A stretch of DNA of 34,759 nt from Xylographa opegraphella (taxonomy: Eukaryota): positions 62,001 through 96,759 of the forward strand of contig JALDZX010000069.1 in the NCBI GenBank assembly GCA_022813865.1. Reading direction: 5' to 3'. Under the pieces are notes generated by a model. That model had not been told where the DNA came from. It saw only the letters and a program-made list of their open reading frames with translations, and searched no databases. Made by a program: the position numbers and the translations under genes. Every line of letters starts with the position of its first letter. The first letter of the stretch is position 1. Shown here piece by piece: positions 21,129 through 33,591 of the stretch.

Positions 21129-21995
21129 GAAGGCCTACTCGTTTGCTTACGACGTAACAACAGGACTAGCATGCTTTGTACTCCGTACGCTACTCAAGGC
21201 GGTTGTACCACAGTATTGGAGGAGCCAAACCCTTTGCTCGTTTGTGCTTAAAGTTCCTCTGGTGAGACCGCCTTGACCATGCAAAGTTGGAAATATTCAA
21301 AGTTGCGTCATAGCATTAGAACTAGTAGTACCTTAGACTAACAATTATTTCGCGAGGCGGTACCTAACAGAGGCTTTAGAGAACCCCCCAGCTCGCCATC
21401 AAGCCAGGCTCCAGTTCACACTCACTGAGGTATCCAGATACCCTAGGCAACAAACGGCTGAGACAGGCGGGAGGGTTTGGAGAAATATCAATCATGTCTA
21501 GTGCTTTCTGCTCACAGGCCGATTATATATAAGCAAGATCTCACGGGTCATGGAAAGACGGCATTATTGACCAAAGTTTCTCGTTGGGCGTCCATTCTGG
21601 ATCACCACCGTCACTTCTACCAAGTGACAAACTAGCTCGCACGTTGCGTATGAGTACATCGATGATCATACCATCCCATCAGAACCTAGCTGTACTTTGA
21701 TCAAAGCCACGGAACCTCGAAAGAAATATTCTGTCAGATCGTCCAACATTCGCCGTGTACAAGCACATGAAAGGCTCTCGATCCCATCCCGTACATACCA
21801 TCAATCATGCCCATCCTTCGGTATAGATGAACTCGTTCCTGAAGGCTTCATACAACATGCTCAAAGCGCCTAGGGTATATGAATCTCAACCCTGAGCCAC
21901 TAATGCCCCATAAACGCCACCGCAGTAATTTGCTGAACAGGAAGCCGGCCAGCATGAATAATGCAAAACGTAATTCGAAACATGTTGCCAATTTT

Positions 21996-24900
21996 TCAGG
22001 GGCTAGGACTCCTAGTGCTCCCTTCCTTGTATTTTTTCTTCCAAAAATCAAAACGAAAGCGAGAGTTTTTCTTTCGTAGGGTACGCTCGCCACCAACAGG
22101 AGCATGACCGTTCATATGCGGCGTGATAGTGATAACTTCATTCACGCTGTGATCATCCTCGAGGCCGTGAGGAAATCGACTGCCGCTTCCGGGTTGCTCG
22201 AAATCCATAACTTCAAGAGTGAGAGAAGTCCCGCCGTCACTATTGCCAATGTCACTAGTATCGCTTAGAAAGCTCGTTGCTTGTGTTTCGGTGGGTGATG
22301 TGGGCAAGACATGGCTAGCTACTGTATGCGCACCGGAAGTGGCGGTCGAAGATCGCTTTTGGCTTGATAAAGTCGAGTAGCGACCTGATGATGGCTGTGT
22401 TGGTTGCGTCGGTTGACGGCCTGGGTAAAAATGTGAGGCCTGATAAGCACTCAAATGGATGGGATAGGAAGTACCATTATCTCCATCACTACTCTTACTG
22501 CCACGATGAGCGCTGTCACATGCTCCGGCTGCACCGGTGCTAGCACTTCCGCGATAACTTGAAGCACTACTTGAACTACCTTGCTTGGTCTTTGTCAACG
22601 AAGAAAGGAACGCGGAATCCGTCGCATTGGATATAGGCTGGGTATTCTCAGCCGATGCTGGAGTGAGGTCGCCAGAACTTGAGCCAAATCCTAGGTGCAG
22701 CTGCGTTGGTACAGAGTTACTTGATCTCTTTGATGAAGACCCAGGAGCCAAGATATTTGCAGCAGGATACGCACCTGAAGATCGCCGTGAGGACGAGATT
22801 GGTGGCTGAACAGAGGAAGTGGAATTGACCATCTGATTAACTGACGAAAAGCGTTGTGAAGGATCATGACTTTGTGAGTCTAATGTAGCACGAGATTTGA
22901 GAACTGTAGAAGCCTCTGGTAACATTTGCGGAGTAGAGAAACCCGGTATAGACTGCGATGTGCTGATCAGCGGGTCCGGTGATAGAGATGGAGAAGACCC
23001 AGAAGCGGGAAGTCCTTCTGGGTGGGAAGTGTCCGCAGAGGCAGCAAAGAAATGATTTGGGCTCCCTGAACGGGGAGACTGAAAGCCATCAATAGAGTAT
23101 TTTGTAGCTTCAAAAACTGTTTCCTCTTTGGCTTTTTCTTCGTTGATCTTCGCCGTCCAGATGGCTTGGTTTATCTTGATCTCTTTCACTGCGAATTTCA
23201 TGCCTGGTAATATATCCGTCACCGCTTCGAAAAGTGGGGAAGCATAGATATTCATGAACCCTATTTGTGAATTGGCGAGTTTGGTCATATTGCCCAGCTC
23301 TGGTGGGCCACCGAAAAGAGTCGTAGGTATGCCTACGTCTTTCTCCATTTCTCCTTGCCGGGCGAATTCGAGCTGTAGCACATCAGACCATTTGGCTGCA
23401 ACATCGAACGGACGGGCCTGCATCCTGTAAGCCAGTTTTCTCTTCTCAAGGAAATACAACATACCACGTTGCTGATATCTGCGCATTTGATAAGTAGACC
23501 ACACGCAAGCGTCTTGTACTCCTCGAGTATCTGCGGGCTCCAGCCATCTGTGCCTTTGTTGTGATGCAGCTTCTCCTGCAAGTTACCAAGATCTGCCATA
23601 TACTTGAAGTGAACTCCCATGTCCGTGGCCAGAATCGACTTGATTAACAGTCGACGCAGGTCGTTATCCTCAAAAGCCAGACCCCAGTACCGACGAAGTA
23701 TCTGAGAATATGCGGCACAATGAAACGCTTCCAAGACAGAATTATCGTTGTACAATTGCGCTAACGGGGCTCGGAGAGCTACCAGGAAAGCATTGTTCAC
23801 ACCTGGGTGACCTACATCGTGTCCGATAGCAGATATCAGCAAAGTTAATGCGTCAAACGGTCTTAGTAGTGCGGCGATCGGAGATGCTGGACTGTCTGCA
23901 ACGGGCGCAACAGAATCTGTTGGATATGGTGGAAGAGTGCCTAGCTGAAGGAGGAAGTAGAACACAGCCTGAAGCACATCAACAACATGACGAAAATTAT
24001 GATAGAGGACAAAGCTATTATACGCAGCTCGGCATGCCATGAGAAAGTCTTTAAGCTCGTCTGAAGGTAAAGGTCAGTTTTTTGGTCACAGACTGGGGGT
24101 GCGGGTGACAGCGTTGCCCCGTATTGATGCTTACCTGCAGGGATGCGCCATTTACCCAGCTCAGGCATTCTTAGTGCATGCTGCAACATAAGGAAAGCTG
24201 CATGAACGAGTTCATCCTCGGAGAAGTCATGGGCTGGAAAGTCCCAAGAAGCGATTGCCTTTGTTATTGTGAACTCTTGATGGTAGTCCAAAATATAAAG
24301 ACTCCTACATTTGACTCAGCACGGCATACAAAACCCGATACCGCAATCCATACCTCGATCCATATGATTGCAGAATACTCTCAGGTTTGCAAATGCTCGT
24401 CATAAGCTGCGACACCCTAGTCATGTTGGGTCAACAGGTTTTCTTGCAGTATGGAATATTTTAAGGAACCGTAATATTGAAAGGAGACTCATGATGGTTG
24501 CCGGCAGATATAGCAGCCTGTAATAGCACTTACATGGATTCTCGCAAATAAGCGTATGGTGCTTCTCTATCCAGACCGACCCAGGATTGTTTCTTCAGCC
24601 GCATTGCCGCGAGAAACTCTGCCTGGTTTCTGGTATATCTGTTATGCGCCCGATAAGCATGGGCAATCAATCCAGTGACGCGACTCTCGTCTAGCGGGCT
24701 AGTAAGAACATCAATTGCACCAATTTCAAAGCACTTCATCATTCGCGTCCGATTGACAGGTGCGCCTGGACCATGTATTTCGCGATCAAATTGTGGATCG
24801 ATACCGTCATGAGCACGACGACTCGAATTCCGGGAAGAGCGAGGTAAATAGCCAATCGACTGGAAAGAATCAGTAGTCATAAGTCCTTGACTGTTCTTGA

Positions 24901-25448
24901 TCATCGCTATTGGGACAGTCAATTCTGAAAAATTTGCAAAGGCGATTTCATTGGAAATGTGCTGGAGAAGTTGGAGGCTATAAAGGTCTTCCTGACCTGT
25001 TGAGACAGCTGGTTCCCGAGGCGAATCCATGGTTGTAGGCGAAGGAGTAGAACGTGCATGGCGGTCTCGACGACGTTGACTATCCGGGTCAGAGGAAATT
25101 TCAATTATTGCCAATGTGGGCTTATGGTCGGTTATGATGGCAGCGTTTAATTCGCGAATCTTGGCTATGCAAGCTGCCCCTGTGGTGCAAACGTATACTG
25201 TCACATATTAGCATTCGTAATCCTGAAGTCTCGGCCACGAGAGGCATGTTACAGAACCTACCTTCGGAGAAAACAGATAGGAGAGTGTTTATATTGAGTT
25301 GAACCTCCTGGTCCTCGACCTCCAACGGTGCAGGAGACTCTCCCACGAAGGTTGGTACGTCCAGCCTGAGGTATCCACCAGATGTTGCATAACGATCTCT
25401 AGCCGCACGCTTGTCCATGTAGATGACATTGCTAGCGAACGAATCCAT
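21996..25448 (-). CDS. PDE2: High-affinity class I cAMP phosphodiesterase (PdeH/Pde2), ~1033 aa; exons 25448-25262, 25197-24534, 24416-24354, 24304-24135, 24060-23465, 23417-21996
   Basis: YHNFRHVVDV, signature AIGHDVGHPGVNN, LATDM, IKCADISNV|ARP, SQIGF. Five GT-AG introns give a continuous frame (total 3102 nt). Confidence 0.92.
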
Positions 25449-27971
25449 GACCAAAATACTGTGGGAGTATTGGGGAAATTGGACACCGTGGCTTACGATC
25501 AAACAAATACCAGTAGACCGACCTTACCAGCCGTGTTTTGCGAAGATTATACAGGAGGCTAGGGTGACACTTCCCCACTGTGCAGAATATGCTGTATGAA
25601 ACAAGTTCATAGACTGCCCTCCCGAAATGCGATCGTAGATGGCGAGAGAGGTGCAGTGATCACAGAAATCGACGCTGAGGAACTACAAAGTCGATGGGAA
25701 CTTTGAGCTAGGCAGTACACGAAAGGCTGCCTGAAAATCCGACGTTTCGATCCTGCGTGAGCTAACGATCTGAGATCAACAAGAAAACCCTAAAGCTCGG
25801 CGTGTGTGATAGGTAGAGGCTTTTCAGCCTTTTACTATAGATGAACAACTGCAGCGCCTCGACAGCCTGGGCACGCAATCCAAGTGGTGAGTCTTGCTGT
25901 CAAAGTTGTTCGAACAGTCCCAGTATTCGAAGGCTTCAGGACGCCGCTAAGATCACCACACAATTGCCTTTGTGCTTTTATGCTAACGAAGTCCAAATAT
26001 CAGTCGAGATCGGCCGCGCAACAGAAGCCGTCGTGAGCCACCGCTGCTGTTGCTAATCACCAGATAGAAAGGATCACGAAAGCAAGAAAACCAGGCACAA
26101 GACGAGAATGCACAGCCCAGGCACAACTGAGCGAGAACTTGCAGTTCCAGGTGTCGAGCACCGTTGGAGATCTTCGAAAGTCCCGCCCCGTGTCTAGACT
26201 CGGAGACAACCCCTCAGCAGGTAGCTCTTGATTGTTTCCCTCGCTCTTACTATGCTTGCTCACTACCAGTACTTTGCTGATGGCCGTCAGGTGCTTCGAA
26301 TCGCGCACGAGCGGCGCCAGCGTCGCGGATGCAAGGACGTCGAGTCTACGCGAAACATTCGGTATGAGCGTAGGAATGCAGCATGGAAGTTGATGCTCTC
26401 ACACGCTCTTGGAGGGGGCTGAGGCAGAGGTCGAGGATGTGCGAGACAGACAAGAGCAAAGGCTTGGTGAACTATGGCATGACAAGAGATTCGCGAGACG
26501 ATTGCAGAGGTGTCGCAAGATGTGCTCAACGATGATTGGGGTTGGGGGAATTGAAGGTAGGTTCAGAAGTTTTAGTGTGGCAGGCAGAGTGGTCGCAGAC
26601 AGGTGCGCTTAGGAGCAAGGATGAGCAAAAACCGCCGAGTGGAGCACTGGGCGGGCGGGCGCTCATCCTTCTAGAAGGTCGACCCTTTAGAGTATTGGGG
26701 CCATTCGGGGGGATTGGGGGGGGGGAGGTGGCTTTCGCTGGCGATGATTGGTTCGTTGGCTGGAGGACAAGGGATGTTTCGCTGGCGTCGTTGAGGAATG
26801 AACGTTACGTCGGAAGAGGCATAGCCGTAGAAGCCGCCGAGAACATCGTCGAAGGCGAGCGGAACTCGCAGCGACGGACGGCCGAAGGAACAAATCTGGA
26901 CCTCTCTCCCCTCCACGGCCAATCAGGCGCCCGTTCCGCCATCGTCGCCTCAACTCTGCCAGCCGCTCTTTCGCAGGGGGAGGATGAGCCCCGTCCGGCC
27001 CTGTCGTCTCGACGTGGGAACAGTACCCACCAGTAGCGCCGCTTTCCCGGATGCATGTCACCGTCCGTTCATGTATGCTCGCGCTGCCCGGCCAAGCATA
27101 GGTAGCCCATTGCAAGTGGCCCGCCCGAGTCCTCCCCGACCCGTACCGCTTGCTGTTGTTTTCGGATCTCTTGCCATCTTAGCCAGTACCTGAGATATCG
27201 GCTGCACCGTCTCGGCCGCTAGAGCCATCGCAGCTGGTGGATAAAATCTCCGATGCTACGACCTGCTGCCACAACCTGCTGCTACAATCTCCTGCAGCAA
27301 CTGAAAGTCAAGGGCCCTGCGACGTACCTGGAGCTTGACACCGAGCTAGAGCGGACGTGGGAGGGCCGTGGCGCGACAACAAGATTACCTTCCCGTGACA
27401 GCATATGCGCTCTTACTGGAATGTGAAAAAGTCTGGGTCAGTGCGTGCGACAAGAGGAAACCTGCCGTTACAGGGTGTGAGGCGACCCTACGTTACGGTT
27501 GGTAGCCCGTCGACTTGGACGTCCACAGTCTCACGAGAAGCAAGGTGAATGGAAAGTGAAGGCTTGCTTCGCCTCTTGCTAGTCTTACTTTGTCAACCTC
27601 CAGCAGCACCTTGGCCCGGTCGTTCTGCCGAGCGAACCCACTCAATCGAGCCACAAGTCCTATGTGAATGGAGTACGGACCCGACTCTTCAGAGCAAAAA
27701 GGCAGACAGTCGGGACTTGCAGCCCCTTTGCCTTGAAATCCCGTTTCCACGTAGTAATAATTGAGAGAGAGATGCCTATGACTCCAGAGCATGGACACCA
27801 CATCGCTAGCATTACAAGCCACTTCTCCGCTGTATGCTATTTCCAACGACGCGCCGAGCTGACACTGGTCGACACACATTATGCATGCATCAGCCATTAG
27901 TGTAGGAAAGCGAGACTCCAGGACCTAATGTATATGCTGCTCGATACTAAATCACTGCATTGAAGAAACAT

Positions 27972-30335
27972 TCAAACTCGGCGTTCCCGCTGTGGTCCAA
28001 AGTCTGCCTCCACCGCCTTCGGTCGCTCCTTCCGTGCCTCGACTGAAAACTCCGCAAACAATGGCAAATGGTCGCTTGGGAAATGAAAATTTGGAAACCC
28101 AGGAACCTTGAGCAGGTACTCATTATCAACGTTACCAAGCACTTGTCTGACCCGAAGACTACCGGAGGAGTGCCATATGTAGTCAAGGATCCCCGAAAAC
28201 CCCGGTGTATAGTTGGTGAACTCAAGTATCTTTTCACCATCCACGGTGTCTTCATCGTATGCGGACTTCAGATGAAATGGATGGGAGATTCCATCGCGTG
28301 TGAAGTTTCCGTACCTACGGCTATCCAGATCTGGGTGATCATGAGGCACAGAACCTCGATCTAGCAGGTCGTACACGCCACTCCCCTTTGCGCAGTTAAG
28401 ATCACAACAAATTATAAGCGGAATACTGGCTCCATCCGTGTACTCAAGAGAAGGACCCGGCTCAGCAGGGGGGATCTCAGGCACCTCGGGGTCGGTATCA
28501 CTATCCTGCTCCGTGAACCTGAAAGCTGCTTTATCAAGGCAAGGTGGGAACGACGCCCAGCGATCAGCCAACTTGGTAATTTGCTCCATAAGTATAGCAA
28601 CTTGCACTATTTTGACATCCTCGTATGCGGGATCCCAGAAAATATGAGTGTTGGCGACCATCAATCTTGATCCTGTGAGACGGTTCTCTAGAAAAGTAAC
28701 AACTGCAATATTGTCCCTGGGCATAATGCGGTTGAAAATATCGTGCTCGCCTTTCATGTCTGGTCGGTTGATTGCTGTGTTCGCAAATTCAATGACTTGC
28801 TTGTCAAGCATTATAAACTTCTGAGCTTTATAGAAGGTTGCACAACCGTCCACCAAGCGTGCCTCTTTGTCTGCCATTGTGCGGGCCCGTGACCTCGGCC
28901 AAAAAGCACCTTTATATCTCTGCACTGCCAGCTCCCGTCTGAAAAACTCATTGTAGCTCTCCACATCGACCTCTTGCAAGCACACAATGTCCGCATCATA
29001 ACCCTTGATTTCTTCAAGGATGAGATCTCGTCGATATTGCCAGGACAGAGCTTTGGAGGGCGTGTATCCGTATTGTGCTCTTGTTGCGGCTTTGTCACAT
29101 AATATATTGTAGTCAAGCACAGTAAAATTTTCAGCAGTGTCTGAATCATCTAGAACTATATTCTCGCGTGCTCTGGGTGGAGTACCGCCTAATATTCTAT
29201 CAGCTTGTTGCACCGAACTAGTTTTATTGGCTGCGTATTGCTTACCTTCGGTGGTGTCTCTTATATGAACAATGAGGGCTCGAGTTCCTTGCTGCACAAG
29301 TATATCCTTGATGTCATCGTCAAGGGGATTGCCTTCAATTCCCAACATTTCCAATGTGTACAAATGGCCGATCTCACAAGGAAGTGTATGGATCATATTG
29401 TCAAAAATCAGAAGCTGTTTCAGCCTGACTAGCATACCAATTGAATCCGGAAGTTCCCTTAATTGGTTGTTCGAGGCTTGCAGAAGCTCAAGATTCCTCA
29501 ATTGGCTTAAGATTGGCGGAAGACTCGTAAGCTTATTATTATCGATAAAAAGCTTCGTGAGGAACGAATAATTGTGGAATAAGGATACGGAGAGTGCTCG
29601 GAGCCCCTGTCCACTAAGATCCATGCCATCCCAATCTTGTCTCTGTTCGTCGACCAATGTCACAGCTCTATTCTTCTCGACAGCGTCTCCCTCCTTCGAA
29701 TCAGCTGTTGTTGACTGGGCAGCACCTCTACTTGCTATCACAGCACCTGGCTTCTTTGTGTGTCGATGAGCAGTTGAGGCGGATTGTCTTAGATCGGCAT
29801 ACAGCTGTAATTGCTCTTGCCATTGCTCGTTAACAGGCTCACCCAAGTCGGCTTGATCATCGTTTTGACTGCCGTTATGGAGACCATTGGAAGCATAACT
29901 CGAGGCATTATTTGATAATAACCCAGATGAGAAGTTATGCTGGTGTCCCATACCACTAGTCCCAGAATGTGCTCCATGGTTTTGTTGAGCATGGTGGTTC
30001 GTTTGACTGTGGTGCTGCTGACTATTTGCGTGCTGAAATTTGTAAGAGAGATTTGTTTGCATATATCTTTGATGTCCATTTCCACCATTCAAGATCCCGT
30101 GTTGTCCTTGTTGGTGAGTTTGTTGATTATACATGCCGTAATGGTGCTGTGGAGCGCCTTGAGAAATTGGCGACCGTGAGGGCGAAGGGGTTTCGTTGTT
30201 ATAAGTAGCCCGGGCACCATTGACAGGCGACCCGTTCCGAGCAAGGTGTCGCTGATTGTAGACTTGGTGATTATTGTATTGTTGGTAGTACGGCCCAGTC
30301 CCAGACTGGTGGGACCGATAGGAACCATCTGCCAT
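27972..30335 (-). CDS. CCR4: CCR4 mRNA deadenylase of the CCR4-NOT complex, ~768 aa after removing intron 29245-29189
   Basis: Q/H/N-rich N-terminus, LRR region (MDLSGQGLRALS...LGIEGNPL), EEP nuclease motifs YNILC, DIVCLQEV, NTHIFWDP, FTNYTPGFSGILDYIW, PSDHLPL. Confidence 0.96.
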   Translation of the reverse strand: MADGSYRSHQSGTGPYYQQYNNHQVYNQRHLARNGSPVNGARATYNNETPSPSRSPISQGAPQHHYGMYNQQTHQQGQHGILNGGNGHQRYMQTNLSYKFQHANSQQHHSQTNHHAQQNHGAHSGTSGMGHQHNFSSGLLSNNASSYASNGLHNGSQNDDQADLGEPVNEQWQEQLQLYADLRQSASTAHRHTKKPGAVIASRGAAQSTTADSKEGDAVEKNRAVTLVDEQRQDWDGMDLSGQGLRALSVSLFHNYSFLTKLFIDNNKLTSLPPILSQLRNLELLQASNNQLRELPDSIGMLVRLKQLLIFDNMIHTLPCEIGHLYTLEMLGIEGNPLDDDIKDILVQQGTRALIVHIRDTTEGKQYAANKTSSVQQADRILGGTPPRARENIVLDDSDTAENFTVLDYNILCDKAATRAQYGYTPSKALSWQYRRDLILEEIKGYDADIVCLQEVDVESYNEFFRRELAVQRYKGAFWPRSRARTMADKEARLVDGCATFYKAQKFIMLDKQVIEFANTAINRPDMKGEHDIFNRIMPRDNIAVVTFLENRLTGSRLMVANTHIFWDPAYEDVKIVQVAILMEQITKLADRWASFPPCLDKAAFRFTEQDSDTDPEVPEIPPAEPGPSLEYTDGASIPLIICCDLNCAKGSGVYDLLDRGSVPHDHPDLDSRRYGNFTRDGISHPFHLKSAYDEDTVDGEKILEFTNYTPGFSGILDYIWHSSGSLRVRQVLGNVDNEYLLKVPGFPNFHFPSDHLPLFAEFSVEARKERPKAVEADFGPQRERRV

Positions 30336-31544
30336 CTAGCGATTCTGCTGGTAGGCAATTTAAGGATGCCGGTGGTTACGGCTCTAGAGCTGTTTCGCAG
30401 ACTCAAAGCGAATATTGATTTTTAGTGGGGGATCCGGTCGTTTTGGGTCGCCTCATTCGAACGTAGGATATGCCTGCCTCTATCTTCATGGGAAAAGTGC
30501 TGGACTTCCTGGCCTAGGGTCAGAGCATCGCTTGAATTCAGAGACTCTTGACAACAGTGCGCTTTGCGGTATTGCACTGTTAAGGCAGGCTTGTAGATTC
30601 TCGATCTTTTGGCAAGGAGGAGTAAAGCTCACACGTACGGGCGATAGTATAATTGCTTTACCAAGGAACGTTCTCAGAGTACTCGTGCGATGGATCACAG
30701 AAATGATGGACCGTGGAAGAGGAGCAAAGTAACTTGTTCGTGCTTCACGTGAGCGTGCAATTGACGATAATTAGTGCAGACAAGATGACACACGTTTTGC
30801 AGCGCTACTTGTATCCCGAATCCAAAGGGCGCTGTACGTCGGAAGAGTAACAGTCTGGAACGTCGCTATCAGTATTATGGGTCAATAAGATGTTCATGGA
30901 ATCGCGAGCTTTGGAGTAGTCTACGAGAACGGCGAATCATTTTAACCGCTTTCACAACCGCTTGGATGCAAAGGGCCATGTAAGCGACCAGTAACTAAGA
31001 TTATGGATACTTACTCCTAGGTACTTTGTAGAACTGGCTCAAAATTACAGCTGTGCAACACCTAGCGAAATCTGCGCCTCAATCTATCCATCGCCGAGCC
31101 CATAGGCGTCGGTTTAGAACAATTGATCGAGCTTAACCACAGAGTTGTAGACATTCATATAGAGACTGGTAGGCGACGCCGCGCGACTACACTTTGCCTG
31201 GTACTCGTGGACCTGCCGGTAGCTATAGTCTACAGTAAGGCGATACAGGTGTGTCAGCTAGACAGGCGTGAATGCCAAACATGCAAAGTATATGGCCCGG
31301 ACGGCCTGCGAATTTTTTGCATCCATTTGGTAGAAAACACACGAGATAGTGCTGCCGACCATATGGATTTACACTGAGATGATACATATGCAGGTGAATT
31401 TCAATCCCCCTACTGAGGAAGTTTTCAAGCTTGAGGCTGGCACACCTTCTTGATCAGGATTGACTTGGCTTCAGTAGCTTCGAGATTACCCACAATTCCG
31501 GGATGCACTGAAGTACCCAGGCCACAGTCGTGCATGCTTGAATC

Positions 31545-32904
31545 ATGGCGGGATGGTACGCTATCCCCTTCGCCTTTTATAACTCCCTATTTTCTGAATA
31601 TTTACCCGCTGACTTTGATCTGGAGGGGCTACGAGCAATTGTCGCCTCCAGTACGACTCAATTCAACTCGAAAGGCGGTGTATTCTATATCAAGGGAATC
31701 GAAAGACTTCACTCTGGAGAGACTACGTGCAACGAGTTCTGCCTCAGGCAAACAAAATCGAAATGCATTCACAGACTACATGACCAATACCTCTCCCCAA
31801 TTTGTTCACCGTCATGGCCGTCGATTTTTGGGAGATCCTTCACTGCCATATCCATTACCTATCGATGTTGTAGAGTTGCACAGGCAGACACTGCGCACAT
31901 TGATGTTGATGCGTGTTCATGGTGCACCTATCTGCTCACCATTTTTTGAGAACTCAGCCCCAACAAAAGTATTAGAAGTTGCCTGCGGATCAGCTTTGTG
32001 GTCATCTGCTTGCCATGATTACTTCAGAAGGCAAGGATACTCGAATATATCCTTCACCGGCGTAGACATTGCAGCACTGTCGCCAGATCTTAAAGCCCAA
32101 GGCCTCGATTGGCGCTTTGTGCAGCATGATTTGCGCAGTACCTTACCATTTCCAGAGGGGGAATTCGACTTCGTTTTCGTAAAGGACGTTGGTTTGACAG
32201 CTCCGGAGCCCGCTCTTGGAGAGAGCATATTGGCAGATGCTTTGCGGGTTCTCAGGCCTGGGGGTGTAATCGAGGTTTGGGAATCAGATCACTTGTTTCG
32301 AACATTACTTCCGCATCCGGCGATACCCCCGGGAACAACAGAAAAAGACGTCAATCAAGCGGAAAACTCAGCGACCTACATCATCTCACCCAGCACGAGC
32401 TTTGCAAAGGCGCAGAATAAGTATCTTTCTGATTATAACACCTGGCTCCAGCAGGCATTTGACAAAAATCGCTTCACACCTGTGCCTTGTGCACTTACCG
32501 GTTGGACCTTTTCAAGCGACCCTGAAGCTATCGTTGATATCGGTACTCGAAGAATAGCGATACCATTCGGCGAAGTTAGGTGGGAACGCGAAGGAGTTGG
32601 TGGAGAGGCTGCAACATTGAGAGGCCACCTCCGTGGGAAAAGTGTGGTCATGGCAGAGAAGCAGTCCAAGGTCGAGCCCAGGACGTTGACACCTGATCAG
32701 GTTGCATTACGACGTACAGCCTTAACGACCACGATTCAATTCATTGAGGCCTTAGAGCCTATGCTCAAGGTAGAAAGTGGTAAGCGACAGGATGAATGGG
32801 ATCGTTGGTGGACTGGTATGACAAATGACCTACTGGAGCAGAACGGAACCATCAATGGCGAGTGCCTTGAGATTGGTGTTTGGTGGGGATTGAAAAAGGA
32901 ATAG
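31545..32904 (+). CDS. Class I SAM-dependent methyltransferase-like protein; conserved core from ATG 31780; 5' end uncertain (possible exon 31545-31555 spliced to 31626)
   Basis: HRHGRRF...PYPLPID..ELHRQ, motif I KVLEVACGSALW, FTGVDIA, FVQHDL..LPFPEGEFDFVFVK, RVLRPGGVIEVWE. GTACGC donor at 31556 and GCTGAC branch at 31608 suggest an upstream intron. Confidence 0.8.
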
Positions 32905-32955
32905 CTGACGAACGCAATGGCCAGGTTGAAGAGCAGAACATGAATGTGTACCAGA

Positions 32956-33407
32956 TCAGGCCTGGTCATATCGCTGGCGTAGAGCTCGATATCGCTTGAG
33001 ATAGTACCTTGAAGTGGTCACTGTTAGCAAGGCAACAAACCTACAAAGGCAGAAAATGATATGTACAGCGCTTCAATTTCTGTCGGAAAAAGCGTCAGCG
33101 GAAACATGGCTGTGCCAATTGACTGTCATTAATACCTTTCTTCACAAACTCTGCCTTTTCGATCCCTTTCCTGATTTCTCGTTCATCTTCAAGGTTGGTT
33201 TGACTGGAAAAAGCTTGGTGCAATTGCTTTTGAAAATAGGCGTAGCCCTGGGGATACTCTTTCCCAAGGTTCAGAAGATCTGGGTTATATTAGTGTCGAA
33301 GTATTGTTATCGGGGGATAAGGATAAGCGTGACTCGTTGAAAATACATTCTGTACCTTTGTAAAGCTGCACAACTTGCCTTCGAAGTATCGGGTTTGGAT
33401 GCGCCAT
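32956..33407 (-). CDS. LYR-motif protein, LYRM5/ETFRF1-like, 86 aa; exons 33407-33356, 33279-33136, 33079-33067, 33007-32956
   Basis: Spliced product MAHPNPILRRQVVQLYKDLLNLGKEYPQGYAYFQKQLHQAFSSQTNLEDEREIRKGIEKAEFVKKEIEALYYLKRYRALRQRYDQA. It has the LYK motif, G+EYP.G..YF and C-terminal EIEALY.L++YR typical of LYRM5. Three GT-AG introns with CTAAT/CTGAC/CTAAC branch points. Confidence 0.9.
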
Positions 33408-33591
33408 TTGATGTATTGTTGAAGCAGGCCCGAGGAGTTTCACAAGGTTAGAGTCGAAAGTGGTCAAACTAGGTACAGTAGTCTACCACATCAAAAGTTT
33501 GCGGCACAACCTTATTTTACACCCAAATTAAACAAATGTGAATATATTTAAAATCTGTTATTAATTACTCAACTATATTCGTTTAATTTAT

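Noticed and set aside
26536..27193. Several overlapping 69-166 aa ORFs upstream of PDE2
   Set aside because: GC-rich promoter-like DNA, several non-ATG starts, no family resemblance.
28380..28420. CCR4 motif reads CCDLN rather than the usual CGDFN
   Set aside because: Catalytic Asp and Asn are retained; likely a tolerated variant.
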